Source: Octopus bimaculoides (Eukaryota). Taken from it: 64,000 bases of DNA. Numbering within the stretch: the first letter of the stretch is position 1; each line of letters opens with the position of its first letter. The notes beneath the pieces were generated by a model, which saw nothing but the letters and a program-made list of their open reading frames with translations, ran no database searches and was not told the origin of the DNA. Made by a program: the position numbers and the translations under genes. Shown here one piece after another: positions 11,954-25,982 of this stretch. Location: positions 90,067,301 to 90,131,300 of the forward strand of contig NC_068982.1 of the NCBI RefSeq assembly GCF_001194135.2, written 5' to 3'.

Positions 11954-13122
11954 ATTACGCCATTGATGATAAAAATAAGCACTTGTTTAATACTACTCTT
12001 TTATTGTTAGTCAGTTGGTTGATTATTTAACCAACTATCTAATAGCTCGTTTCTTTATTAAAGTGTTGGTTAAGCAATAAATCGTTTGTTTGTTTGTCAA
12101 AGTCCTTTTATTGCTAATCGTGACCTCATCAATGACGTGCCTCTTCTCTTCAGTGTTTGTCTCTCGTGACCGGTTCTAATTGTGTTTGTGAATGTGCGCA
12201 TTTGCTGTCTGGACCTCTTTAAGGGTTCGGCTGTTTGTTCAAGGTTGGTCCAACCTCAAATCTACTGAGATTTGCTTCTCGTCCAGTAAAGATTAACGGA
12301 TGTAATTCCTTATGTGTGGAGAGTAGAGGGAGAACATCGTGTGGCAGTGTGTGCGCATGCGGAAATATATGGTGTATTGTGCTTGTTTGTGTGCTTGAGT
12401 CCGTTCTGTTACTGAATATATACCTTCGGGGTGTGTGTGTTTGTGTGTGTGAGAGAGGGAGAGAGTTTGGATTCGTGAGTGATTGCCTATGCGTGTGAAG
12501 TGCAATATATGTTTATATTCGCACCTGCGAGTGTGTACAGTGTAGCTGGCTTTCTGAAGCAAACACTCACCTACGCACACACACATAGGCACATATAAAC
12601 TCAATCACAGAACCGACTCAACAACACAAACACGCACACTAAGCCACATACTCACGCACGGACATACATGCTAACACAGGCGCACGCGGATGCAAACACG
12701 TACCTACCACTATCCCTTCCCTTTCCTTCTATCGGGAACTACATACATAAAGTTTTGTGGGATGACAACGAAATCGCAAGTTTTCAGACTGAACTGACCT
12801 TGAAAAATAGACCAGACCATCGACAGGTCACGGATGACCAATGCACACACACTCACAAACAAACAAACAAACAAACACACAAACAGGCTGTCACACAAGG
12901 ATACACATACACCCACAAACGCACACACAAACACGCACGCACGTCATTTATGAGGTCGCGAACAGCAACGAAAGGGCTTTGACAAGCATACCACCGATTT
13001 ATTGCTTAACCAATACATTAAAGAAACTATCAATTAATTTGTTGGTAAGATAATTAACCAAGTGACTATCTATAAACAAGTAATATTAAATCAGTGCATA
13101 TTTTTATCATCACTAGCGTAAT
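11954..13122. repeat. ~1.17-kb imperfect inverted repeat (foldback)
   Basis: Left arm 'attacgccattgatgataaaaataagcac...ttggttaagcaataaatcg...gacctcatcaatgacgtgc' matches the reverse complement of ~12940-13122; inner blocks also pair (gagtccgttctgttactga vs gagtcggttctgtgattga). Confidence 0.85.
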
Positions 13123-13221
13123 TACTCTTCCAAGACACAAGAAGTGATTCAACATACGAATTCAAATCAAGAATCTTGAAAACCAAATACAAATGGTAGT
13201 ACACAGACACATGTATGTATG

Positions 13222-13381
<160 letters not shown>

Positions 13382-13889
13382 CATTATAATAAGAAATGGA
13401 GAATTTTACATCTTCAACACTTGTTTATTACAGTAGTCCACACATTACATTCTCGTTAAATTTCGGTCCCCACACATGTTCCTGCAGTTTGTCAAAAGCC
13501 CCGAGATCAGGTCTAAATTTTTTGATTACATTTTCTTTAGCGTGCTGTGTTGTCAATTACACATATATATATATTCTGTGTTGTCAAAAATCAAGGTTTG
13601 AACTAGTGGTTCCTTGACACACATCTCATTGCGTCAATTTATTACTATCACGCCAAGGACTTAAGATACTGAATCCATAAAATTTTGTTACATTTTCAAT
13701 AAAGCAGCTGATATGGGACAAGGCATAGCATACAACCCTGCATAGAAATTGGTTTTTCGTCAAAACCAAAATGTTTTCTGAAAACTTCTACTGAAAAACT
13801 AGTAAAAGTTTTAAACTTTTGCAAACAAATTACATCATTTTGTCAATGTAACTTCCAATGAATTTACTTTTGTATGATTTTCGTAAGTT

Positions 13890-14420
13890 CAGAATTTGAG
13901 GAAGATCGCCAGTCAAGTACAAGCAATAGTCCACCATCATATGCAAGTCTCATCTATCTTAATGTCTTTGTTCCATTGACTTTTCATCCTGATGGAAACA
14001 TTCTCCCTGCTCGTCTCTTGTGTCACCAAGATTTTCAGGGAATGTATATTTGTGACTGTGGAAATAGTGCAGCTTTATACTCATATTTCTCAATTTTGAA
14101 AGCTCTCAAGCACGTTGTCGACTATTTCGAGATATTTGGCTGCTGCTTTCGTGTTGCCCAGAAAGTCATTTACATCTATTTCTAATGAATTCTATGCTTT
14201 TGTTTCAATGCAATTCATTGAATTTACAAAGTTCCCACCTTTCATCAATTTTATCTTTTCACTGCTCAGACTGGGGAACGTGCAGCAAATACAGAGAAAG
14301 TATGGCCCATCTTTATCCAGAACTTTAACAAACTGCTTCATAATGCCAAGTCTGATACGGATAAAGGAAGGATGATTGTTTTCCGGGTTGAGCCAAAGGC
14401 TCTTCAACCACATTAAAAGA
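13890..14420 (-). mobile_element. Decayed DNA transposase, probably CMC/Chapaev3-like
   Basis: IRLGIMKQFVKVLDKDG...NDFLGNTKA...NMSIKLHYFHSH...FPENLGDTRDEQGECFHQD...MMVDYC matches the LHIKLGLMKQFVKAL / FLGN / SDEHGERFHQDI family; superfamily label from memory. Confidence 0.75.
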
Positions 14421-15749
14421 TTCTGGAAGTAATGTTTGCTGAGACCATTTCCCCCTGTCGCTGCTGTCCCAGATACATAAAAAGCATGGATATTTCATGT
14501 GTAAACAGCGCATTTTTCTGAAAAAATGAAGAAAATTGCGAAAATTGTGGGTTTTGAACATCTTGAAAACTAGACTCGATTGTAAAATATAGATAACATT
14601 TTTGGATTCAGCGTATCAAAAAATTTCCAGATCAGGTAAAATTTCCCTGACAACAAAATACCTGTTATATCCAAATTGATGTGCAAAAGCACACACGTAT
14701 CACATGATTTCATTGTATTGGAAATTATCAATGATATATATATATATATATATACTGTGAAATGTCGTAATTATTCTTCACCATGTCCGTTTACTTTGGA
14801 GTTCCCAACTTCTATTAAAGTTCGGTGGAAAGAAGGTAGAAAATACTCATGAGCCTAAAATCGGAAAGCAAGCACTAATCAGGTCGTCAATGTTTTTATT
14901 GTCATTTTACTCTCATTAGAGCTCTATTTTTGAAAACTATCCTGCCGTTCAGGTTACTCTTTAAGTATACCGTCCATGTTTAACAATCGTAAAAAGAAAC
15001 TATCTCATCGTCATGCTTGCCATTTTGTACTTCATACGTGCTACATCTACTAAAAATAGTTTCTTATGTAATATTTTCTATTTAGTTCCTTTCTGAAGCT
15101 AAACAATTCTCATCTAATTTTCCGTTTTAAATTCACCTATCATTTATTATTTATAATAACTTCATCAGTTTTCTCTCACCTAGATCACTAATTTAATCAT
15201 CGTAGGCTTTCCGTTCGAGAAACAGAGAATTTAGTTTCAGTTAATCAGGAATCGTACACGCCCTATCTAAGTTGACGGTATTTAAAAAATTGCTGTCGTC
15301 TCTATAGCTAACTTTCTGAAAATATAGATACTGTCTTTATCCTCCAACCTGATGACTATTCAGATATGATTTAGATATGACTAATTCCACAACACATTTC
15401 GATAACTAGTGAGATTGTTAAATATGTTTTTTTGTGATTTCCACTCACACTCATAATGTGCACCTAACATTCAATTATGGCGGAGGATCTCCAAAAAAGA
15501 CATCTAAGTACCTCAAGAAGTTTGTTTCCTTAAGCCCTATTGAGACATAACCGGTTACCAGCTGGAGAGTAGCTCATTGGCTGTTACTTGTACTACAAAA
15601 TACTGAAAATCTCCTCGAGATCTAAACATCTAGCAATGTTTCTATGCACCAAATGACGAGAAGATCTAGTAGGAAAGCTAGTAGTTGCTTGCGAGAACCT
15701 CCAGCAATGATAATAGCTATCGCATCTAGAACACACATATTTGTACACG

Positions 15750-15830
15750 TACATACATACATACATGCATACATACATACATACATACATACATACATAC
15801 ATACGTATTTACGTACGTACATACATACAT
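15750..15830. repeat. (TACA)n microsatellite
   Basis: Direct reading. Confidence 0.95.
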
Positions 15831-16209
15831 TCACATATATTCTCTCACTGAGTCAGACGAATTTCCCCATGAATGTTAAGTGTTTTTAACTTCAATTATT
15901 GTCAAATTCATCTACCTTATCCCTCCATCATGATGTATTCTTATTTATTTGAAGTCTCTCACTATCTAGCCTAGTAGCTATTTTATTTTATACTCGCATA
16001 GCATTTAGTTTCAATTTCTCTCTCGGATTCATTTAATTGTTTTCAGTTCTACGTTATTTCGGCAAACAAACAAAAGCAAAGTTAAAAAAGAAACATATTT
16101 ATTTTAATGGTGTTTAATAGTAGAGACGTCCAGTGGTTTCAGTATGTCTCTACTCAGATACTCTCGCGACACGCGATCCTTCAGACGACAAAAATCTGTC
16201 AGGAATCAT

Positions 16210-16680
16210 TCGATTCAAGAAACGAGAAGCAGGTGGAAACCAGAGGCAGGCATTTTAGCTAGAAAACGTGCATGCTAGAGAGGGATGGAAGCTTTATTGA
16301 TGTCAATTGAAACAACTTTGTTTGCAATAAATTTCCCAAGATCGAGGGCCAGAACTACGGAAGCTACACTGAAGGTCAGAGAGACAATGATTGAGAGTTT
16401 GGCGGAAACAGAGTCTGACTCTAATAATTAATAATGTTTGAGGAAAGAAAAGGTAGAATATATATATCTTTGTTAATATAAAGCGACCGGAGACACAGAG
16501 ACTTTGGAAATTGATGTCAATATGTACTTAGTATCCCGGTGGTACACAGAGGGGTAATTCTAGAGGGTCTGATGTATAGGATGCAAAGCAGGCAGTAAAT
16601 GTAGTGGCTTCTTCCTCAGAAATATTGCCTACAGAGCCATCATCACTAAGAAGTAGAGTAAAGGAGGATTTGGTAAGTTG
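16210..16680 (-). mobile_element. CR1/Jockey-like LINE reverse transcriptase relic
   Basis: Broken frames SFTLLLSDDGSVGNISEEEATTF, LSDLQCSFRS and KVVSIDINKA...HARFLAKMPASGF resemble the LSD.QYGFR and VALDISKAFDRVWH motifs. Confidence 0.65.
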
Positions 16681-17570
16681 GTAGAGATATTTTTGGTGAT
16701 GGTCTAAAATGATCGGCTGTACTTTGGGAGTCAGAGTTTCATTGATACACAGTTTACATTTCTGATAATTATCTTATTGATATGAGTGAGCTTATCACGT
16801 AACTCTTCCAACAATGATGTTGTTTTCTAACACATCTTTGAGGAGGAAATGTAATAAATAGAGTAGTTACAGTAATTGAATGGAACTTAATCCATCGACT
16901 ACCAGATTAATGAAATCAGCTGTTGTCTTCAATAGGTAAATTCTGCTTACAACGTTAAAGAAAGTAATCAAGTAGTACAAAGTATCAAAGTCTACCACTT
17001 ACAACTCTTTCTAATAATATCATCTAACATAGGCCCCAAGTCTATATATTTGTGAGGAATGTTTGTTCAAATGTATCACATCCAGTACATGAACCATTCT
17101 ATATTTTATTGCTGATGAAAGCATGAAAGATAAATCTACTACAACTCTATTTCAAGTCAAACTGAGTACCGTAATAAAGGCGAAATTTGAAAGAAAAATG
17201 TAAAGAACCGGACTAAATATTGTAAGTGATTTTGTCCGTCGTTCTAACGATTCTGTGCTTAACAAACTAAGTGTTAACCGAAAGAAAATATTTTCGTACA
17301 TTTTTGTCAAGTTTGTATTTTTAACAACCTTAAAATAGTATTTTATATCTTAAAGTTTAAAAATAAAATTATTCGACATAGAAACTTCGGTATATTTTTC
17401 TCTTAGGAAAAAGGAAACATAGTGCAAAACAGCCCTAATTCAATGGAATATCAAGTAAAATCTGAAAGTTAATAAAGAATATTACTCAAAGAATATGATT
17501 GCGATTATTATCATTTTTACGGTAAAGATGATATAATATTTTACGGTAAGGATGATATAAAAACAAACTA

Positions 17571-18818
17571 TGAGGTCATTCCATAAGTTCCGTCCGATTT
17601 TACCTATTTTAAAATTGAATGAAATTTAATAGTGTTTTAGAATGTTTAATGCAATTAAAAAATATTTTTAGGCATTTGTGTACATTTAAACTAATTAAAT
17701 ATTATTTTACAGAATAACAGAATTAAAATTTCTTTGACTAAAACCCTTCCTAACATGCAAGTATCCAAAGAGCATTTGAGGCACATAATGCTTTATGAGA
17801 ATAAAAATTGAAACTCTGCAGCCGGAGCGACTCGAAACATGCACTCAATTTATGGGAAAGAATGCTTGAATGAAGGAACTTGCAGACGATGGTTTTCAAA
17901 ATTCAGAAGATGAGATTTCAGCCTTGAAGATGAAGATCCAACAGGACGTCCAGTTGAGTTTGATGATAAACTCCTTGAGTGATTACTTGAAGAAAATCCT
18001 GCACTATCAGTTGAATAATTGGCAATAAAACTTAGTTCAAACCATACAACTGTTCATCGTCATCTTCAACAACTTGGAAAGGTTCCTAAACTTGGAAAAT
18101 GGGTACCTCATGAATTGCCCGAAAGCAACCGCAAATCCCGAGTTGACATCTGCTCTTCTCTCCATTCTCGCGAACTCATTTCACCCTTTTTGGATAGACT
18201 TGTGACTGATGACGAAAAATGGATCTTCTATCGAAATATTAAATGTCGTAAACAGTGGCTTGGTAAAAGGGAAAAAGCTCAACCACAACCGAGAAGGGAA
18301 CTTCATGGTAAAAAGGTTCTTCTCTCTATCTGGTGAGATTGCAAAGGAGTAATTCACTTTGAATTGTTACTACCTAATGATACAAATCAATGCTCAAGTC
18401 TACTGTCAGCAATTAGAGCGTTTGAACCAAGCTTTGAAAAAAAAGACCCGCTTTAGTGAATCGGAAAGGAATGGTGTTTCATCAGGACAATGCGCGACCC
18501 TACACTGCAAAGATCACATCACAGAAGATCGAAGAGCTTGATTGGGAAAAAATTCCTCATCCAACTTATTCTCTCGACCTTGCTCCTTCAGACTACCATT
18601 TGTTTCGTAGGAGGAGGTCGAAACTGACATTTCAGAGTTCTTCGCTTTGAAACCAAAAGAGTTTTACATTGATGGGATTAAAAAAGCTTGTAAATAGATG
18701 GAAGGAAGTCATAGATAATCAGGGAAAGTACATTGATGATTAAATTTCAATTCAATATAACGTTTGATCACTTGTTTTCTTTATTCAAAATCCGGACAGA
18801 AATTATGGGATGACCTGA
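17571..18818 (+). mobile_element. Near full-length mariner (D,D34D) element with inactivated transposase
   Basis: TIRs tgaggtcattccataagttccgtccgatttt / aaaatccggacagaaattatgggatgacctga; TA at 17569-17570 and 18819-18820; ORF from ATG 17755 with WVPHEL, VTDDEKW, HQDNARP and YSLDLAPSDYHLF, plus stops and frameshifts. Confidence 0.95.
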
Positions 18819-19726
18819 TAGTAAAGGGACATGATCAGTAGAAAAACAAAAAAAGGAAAGGAAATTTAAATAGAGACTAAACGCTTTGAACTAATGAAAT
18901 ATAAACCAATATGTGTAACGAAAGCCATTGCGATTCTAATGAAATAGCTAAATAAAAATATGCAGTATTTTGGCTTTAATCAGTTCATCATAAAATGAAA
19001 TATTTTAAATTTAAATGCTGAATTTTTGCATTTATTTTAAACATTAGATTGTATATTGTTAATTTCACGTTTAGAACTTATTAAAGTAAAAATTTGCAAT
19101 AGATTTATGTATTTGTAATTATTTTTTTCAATATTGCGGTGTCTTTCATAATTATCTTCGCTTATATTTTACAGCAACGCTTCAAGTTGATGTTAAGATA
19201 TTACTGAAATTTGATTTGGTTTCTCGTGTGCTCATTTAGATTGAAAAGAGATAGGAATTTGATATATTAATGAATTTTGTAATGGAGTTAGGGAAAAGAG
19301 TATATTTAAATGCTTTTAACTTGGAATCAAACCTGTGGTCATAATTTGGATTGACCAGGACCGAATTTATTCCCTAACCAATCTCATCACTAATATTGAT
19401 TTCAAATGTTCACACAAGACTAGCAAATTTGGGGAAGGGATAAGTTGATTACATTTGGTATTTATTTAATCGACCCCGAAATGATGGAAGCGGAATTTGA
19501 ATTTAAAACCTAAGTATTTTGCCCGGCCTTATTCTCTTCATTAATTTTGATTTCGCACATAGTGGAAAGACTTCAGATTTGTTGGTGGAAAGAAAGGAAG
19601 AGAAGGAAACAGTCGATTACATCAACTGCGGTAGTTAACAATTACTTTGTCTTATCGAACTCGGAAAGCGAAGTTGACCTCGGCAGCATCAAAATTCAGA
19701 ACGTAAAAGAGCTAGAAGAAATAGTC

Positions 19727-19744
19727 ACCATCATCATCATCATT

Positions 19745-19803
<59 letters not shown>

Positions 19804-19845
19804 TCATCGTCATCATTCATCATCATCATCCTCATCATCATCATC
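19727..19845. repeat. (CAT)n microsatellite
   Basis: Direct reading. Confidence 0.95.
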
Positions 19846-19859
19846 AATATCGAGCTCTG

Positions 19860-20100
19860 GACATTACCGTCTCGAGTTCCGGAACCCATACGACTGGTTA
19901 CTTTGTTTCCATAGCGCATAAGTGACCGAGGTCACAACGTCCCCCTGAACGGGAAGCCAGTCCGCCGTAAGGTTATTCATTTATAACTGAGTGGACTGGA
20001 ACAACGTGAAATAAAGTAAGTTGCTCAAGAGCACAACGCATCACCCGTTCAGGGAATCCAAGCCACGATCGTAAGATCATGAGTACAAAACTCTTACGAC
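19860..20100 (-). mobile_element. tRNA-derived SINE
   Basis: Minus strand: degenerate tRNA-like head, then 'gttgtgctcttgagcaacttactttatttcacgttgttccagtccactcag', shared with other SINE copies in the window. Confidence 0.7.
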
Positions 20101-22419
20101 AAGCGCACATTCCTTCACATGCCCTGCAAAATATTTTATCCAACTATCTAACTATTATGCTAACCCACCTGTTACTGAGTGCCAGGTAGCAGTATCAATA
20201 GAGCACTGGTCAATATTAATTCAGGTATTTTGTCACGTCTCATTCATTTTGATTGTCAATCCTATCGAGGCCTACTTTACCTATCCGTCTTCCAGCGCCG
20301 ATAAAATGAATATCAGTCGAGTACAGGAGTCAATCTGATCGATTGTTCCCTGTAACAAAAATATGTGAATGGCTATTGCCAGATCCTACAAATCGATTAT
20401 TGATTTATCTTTACCAAACACATATTTGATAACAGAATATGTACAAAAGAAAAGTAAATGCTGTAACATTTTCTGGAATCACATACTTCCGACATTCTCG
20501 CACGAAGGAGTTCTACGTGGCCGTTCGACCTGCTAGAAATGATAAATTAATCTTCCTCTTAAAAGTCTTCATGTAGTCCAAAATACACCACGCCTGAAAA
20601 AGATACGCTGGTTGTGGCTAGAACGTTTTTGATCATAGGTCTTGTCGATCGCAGATCATCTGGAGCTGAACAACAATACTCCATATTGTTTTTTTCCCCC
20701 CTTCTGACCAATATATTCATGAATTTACTAAAGGAGTTGTTACAACGAGAGAAATTAAATGACTTTATTACAAAACTGAAACTCCCTCACACGACTCTTC
20801 AGAATTTTTCCCTTCCACCACTCAGCTCTGAAGACTAAAGGTCCATTTGTTTCAATCTTATGAAATGAACGTATATCACTTTCTGTTATTTTGACTTTTG
20901 TCTATAAATGCTAGGCATAGCAAAACACGATTGTTAAAATCATCTCAACATAGTCAAATACTTTTTAATAGGTGCATGTAGGACTGTGTAGCTAAGACTA
21001 CTGCTTTGTAACTATGTTCTTTCCGTTCCACTTCCTTATATGTTACACTGGACAAGTCATTTCTGCCTAGCCTCTTGTCGGTCGAAGGCTTGCGAGTAAA
21101 ATTTAGTAAATGAAAACCGCAAGGAAACTCGTTGAAGGATCTGTTCTTTTAACTTCAGCAGTTTAGCAGCGCCATCAGACCTTATGATTCCACGCTCTTG
21201 CAAGCATTAGCTAGAGATCTCAAATCTCAGAATAGCTTTCTCCTTTTTCTTTTTTTCACTAGTCTCGGGTATTCTGAAATATATGTCCTCCTTACACTGA
21301 ATAAGCCATGAAAATATTAACTACAAATATCCTAAATACTAATTTCTCCGTCACTTATGAAATAAACCTGCATCAGCAGTTATTATACTGAATACCATCT
21401 AATAACTGCTGTATTTATACTAATGCGAGTCGTTAAACCATTTACACATAATCAAGAGTTTTCTAATATCTTCCCTCAAACTATATGACAAATAATCTCA
21501 ATATCTCGCTCGGGAACGATTAAATTTCATTGCTCTAAAAGAGTTCAATGTCTTTTTGTAGGTGTGTTATTCATAGTGTTTAGATTAATTTGCACAAGTA
21601 AAATCGATTGAGAAGTTATTCATTATATACAATGCAATGCAAACATCGAATATTATCTCAGATAACTTCGGGAATATTGGCACATGATTTGCTGGTCGGG
21701 GTAAGATACTTAAGTATTTGTGAATGATGATGAATAAAGAGTTTTCACGTTGCCGTTGTTTAGAACAGCGCTCATTCAGTTGAACTATGTTCAAAAACGT
21801 TTCTCATAGGTGTGCATCCGGTGGGTTTTTTTTATGGGATACACTTATCCAGGAATCAACAATCCTGGATAGATATGTCTCCTACCTTGTGAATAGTATT
21901 TGATTTCAGGAAAATGTGAGGTCGTGAATTCTAGTAGGTCTAGACACTGCGTAGAGATTAGATGATTCGACGCACATCAAATAGAGAATCGAAATACCAG
22001 TTAGATAAAACTGTGGGTATATCATACAGATCTTACGAGCAAGCACTCTCTTCTACGTATCACAGATCACCTTAACGTCAGAAAGACATAGTCAAATTTT
22101 CGTAATTTATCGGTACGATATATGTCAGGGTTTCTGACATTAGTAGAGAATATTCGTTCCTATCGTTTAATTCTAGTTAAACAGGGTAAGTCTAATCTTT
22201 CATATCATGGAAAGTGTAAACATATATTTTGAGGAGCATGATCGAAGACAAAATCCTGGACGGATAACTTGGTGATGTAACCAGTAAACGTGGGTATTAC
22301 TTCACAGCATTTAATGTCTGTGATTCATTCACTCCAGGTCTTTACATTGGCAGGCAGCTGCTGAGTTTGCAAACAGCAGTGATTCCATATATTATACATG
22401 TGCTCTCTAGAGCTACTGG

Positions 22420-22920
22420 CGGTTTTGTTACCTCGATGACTTAATTGGCATTGAAATCCCCTGTGCGGAAGGCATAATACCCAGAGTAAGAATACATGAG
22501 AACAAGTTCAGGATGCTATTACTTCTGCTGGCAATAGAGCCCTTCCGTCTCCGAGTGAAGAATAGTTTGTAAGATATTTGTGAACGAAATGCAATATTGT
22601 ACGACAGTAAGATATGGGTCTTAAATGCGTAGGGTTTGTGAAGATTAGAGTCAAATGAAGCAAGCGCGTTATACTTGCTATGAGATATTAGCTTGCATGA
22701 ATAATAGAATGTACGTGTGCTGAGAGAAAGGTAAAAAATGGGTATAAGATGAATCATAAACAGTGAACAAGAGAGAAGATTGTACAAGTATATGCATGTG
22801 ATGCGTATGGAAAATGATCGCTTTGTACTGAAGTACTATAATCACTGGAAGGAAAAGAAAGCTCTGGAGGAAAGGGAGAAAGGAAGACTTGAGATGAAAT
22901 GATATAAACCTATGTAATCT
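22420..22920 (+). mobile_element. RTE-clade LINE C-terminal relic
   Basis: FCYLDDLIG...RVRIHENKFRMLLLLLA...RLRVKNSL*DICERNAILYDSKIWVLNA..L*RLESNEAS resembles RTE post-RT FCYLGD...RIGW.KFR...LY...V....L.GSETW. Confidence 0.8.
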
Positions 22921-23404
22921 TATGTTGCATCTCACGCTCACGAACGAGGTGATAAAGAAACGTGTCGATTGGCGACACTTTCTATTTCCCCCATTTCTCT
23001 TACTATTCATCAGTCCCTCATCTCCTCTACTCTTCTTTCACTCCAATCGCTCTGATTTCATCGTTCTATTCTTACTCACACCAACCATTCTGGTTCTTCT
23101 GTCACCGCTGTCTTCTCTAATAAACTCTTCAATAATGTAACCCTGAGGAATCACACACCTCAACGAGAGGCGACGAAAATGTAATCCTACAGCGTTGGTG
23201 CTACTATAAAATTCACAAGTAGTAAAATGATTGGTGATCGAGCGGAGATGTGAGATAGCGATTGTTATTTTTTCATACCAACGATATGATAACCTCTCTA
23301 GTTCACCCAGTATAGCCTGCAAAGCGGTTCGTATTATGAAGGACATCTAGACACTGAAGAAACTACGCTGAAAATGAAACGTAGCAGACATATTTATATG
23401 CGTA

Positions 23405-23463
<59 letters not shown>

Positions 23464-24930
23464 GGGATGGTTATGGCCGGAACACCTTTGATCATCGTAC
23501 TAAGCTGAGTCTAAGTAAAACAACAAATCAAAGAGAGAGATTAATCGTCTCAACCCATATCTTACTGTCGTACAAAGAGTTACTAAATGCAATAACAAAA
23601 CGAGGTAATGGAATCAGAGCAGGTATCAAACAGTTACTAGAATTAAAAAAATATCCTACGTACTTCTTTCACAAAATATCAGAAGCTTTTACAACTAAAA
23701 TACATTGCATAACGTAATCCTATATACATTATACCAGGAAAAGAAAATAGCGGCATGGTCACGTCCTGTATGGCTTTGATCATGGGTTTGCTTGATCAGG
23801 AAAAAATCTGGTTTTAAATAAACAACAACTAAGTTTGATATAGGCAAAATAACTTACGCTGAATCAAAGAATATAAGCACACATTACTGAGTAATTATTC
23901 AAAGATCAAATACTTGGATCGCAGCTTTATAGGTTGTTTACAAAATTAATTACCTGGAAAGGTAAATTAATCGTTTTACGATGAAATGTAATTCATAGAA
24001 AATATTTGTTTCCCGCTTTGATTAATTTTTGCAAGAACAAAATCACAAAATCAATATTTTAAAATGGAATTCATTAAATGATCTGAAAATATAAAGATGG
24101 AACTCGTATACAGTATATTCGTTATAATCAGGGAAAAACATTGGATAAAATATATAACCGAGGGGCCTTCGCAACGTAGCACATTCGAATCCAAATATTC
24201 AGTCTTTCGAGATGTAACATCGATTACAATATCGTTATGTCCTAACAGAAATAGCAACCGGAACTTAGTTCTCATTTTAAAAAGAAACACTAAAAACGGT
24301 GGACATATTACATAATGTATCTCTAAGTGTACTGTATGCGAATAAATGCTGGAATTTTTTTTATCAGAGCTAAAAAATAATTATACTAATAAATATAACA
24401 AGAAAAAGAAAACAACACTGAATATTAGGAAATATATTTAAATATATTGTCATACATTTAAATTTCATTAATAAAATATATTTGATTATAACATGATGTT
24501 CCTTGTCAAATTATATATTTCATATTTAAATTAAATTCTAAAGTCTTTATTGAATCTGAATTCATTTTTAATTATCTTTAGTAAAGATGATGTGGAAATT
24601 AATAGAAATGGTAGACCACCTTGTGATATTTAGTTGCAACCCTTTATGTTTTACGTTCAAATCCCACCGGATTTAACTTTGCTTTTCATTCACACGGAGG
24701 TCAACAACATCAGCTCCAAACACTATCAGGAGTCATTTTAATTCACTTTTGCGCTTCCCTAATATTTATGTCTTTATGTATATGCTAGAAACAGGTTAGG
24801 TTATTTGAAACAGTTCTGATAAACATAGTAAAATATCGTAGAAAATACTGTGATATTGAAAGTCCTCCAACCGAATACCTCACTGTTGTAAATATTTAAA
24901 AAAACATTATTAGTTATGAAAAGGAAATAC

Positions 24931-25982
24931 GGATCTTTCCCTTTTGATGGGCAACTCAATTAATTAATTTTCTTTAACTAAACACTTTGAAACTTCGGAC
25001 ACTGGTAGAATGTGTCATATAGAACATCTTTTACTCTTAGCGTTGTCGAGAAAAGTTTCTATTTTCGAAGTTAATTAAAGTTGTCATATTTCGGTAATTT
25101 CAGTCAATCAATGACGTGTATTCAGCTGAATAAAATTACTTCTGTTGTTTGTCAACAACAATTCCAGCCGTGTATATTTCGTTTGTCACTGTTATTTTTG
25201 ACATATTTCATCTCAGTTACGTTTATATGAATAAACGAATGTATCTGAAGCAAATTTACTTCACGACACCACTATAATCGTTCGTGCATTTCTACTGCTT
25301 TTAGGGTTTTTTTCCTGTTTTTCAGCTACTATNNNNNNNNNNAAAACACAGCTTTTCGGATACGGAGATTCCGGAAAATTGCCCAAAATCGGAATTTTGA
25401 AATGTGTTGCCCCACCCCGACTCTTCCCCCTCCAATTTCTTTATTTTTCACTTTTTTCCGTAGCCCTAAACCTAAAAGCCCAACCCTAACCCTAACCCTA
25501 AAACCCTAACCCTAACCCTAACTCTAAAACCTAACCCTAACCCTAATCCTAACACTAAAACCCTAATACTAAGACCCTAATTCTAACCCTAAAACCCTAA
25601 CCCTAATCTTAAAACCCTAACCTTAACCCTAAAACCTTATCCCTAATCCTAACCCTAAGTAGAAATATTATTGTAAATTTTTTCAAAGCTAAAACCAGTC
25701 CAAACGCACGAACGATGTCATAAATAACAGTGACACACGAAATATACACCGTCGGTAGTTGTTGTTGACAAATAACAGCAGTAATTTTATTCAGCTAAAT
25801 ATACGTCATTAATTGGTTGAAATTACCGAAATACGATATCTTTAACACGAAATAACTTCGAAAGTAGAAACTCTAAGAGTAAAAGATGTTCTACATGACA
25901 CATTCTCCCAATATACGAAGTTTCAAAGTGTTTAGTTAAAGAAAATTTATTAATCGAGCTACCCATGAAAAGGAAAAGATCC
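24931..25982. mobile_element. Non-autonomous TIR element (MITE), Merlin-like: ~270-bp TIRs starting GGATC, 8-bp TSD GGAAATAC
   Basis: GGAAATAC at 24923-24930 and 25983-25990; left TIR 24931-~25205 matches the reverse complement of ~25708-25982 (about 85% by eye). GG termini with an 8-9 bp TSD fit Merlin. Confidence 0.85.
25460..25658 (+). repeat. Degenerate telomere-like (CCCTAA)n array inside the MITE
   Basis: ccctaaccctaa units with aaaaccctaa and ctctaa variants. Confidence 0.9.

Noticed and set aside
15593-15740. SRHLVHRNIARCL resembling the tyrosine kinase HRDLAARN loop
   Set aside because: Needs two separate codon deletions, flanks do not match kinase subdomains, and it runs into a microsatellite.
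25460-25658. True telomere or chromosome-fusion scar
   Set aside because: Short, degenerate, single orientation, and enclosed by TIRs and a TSD.
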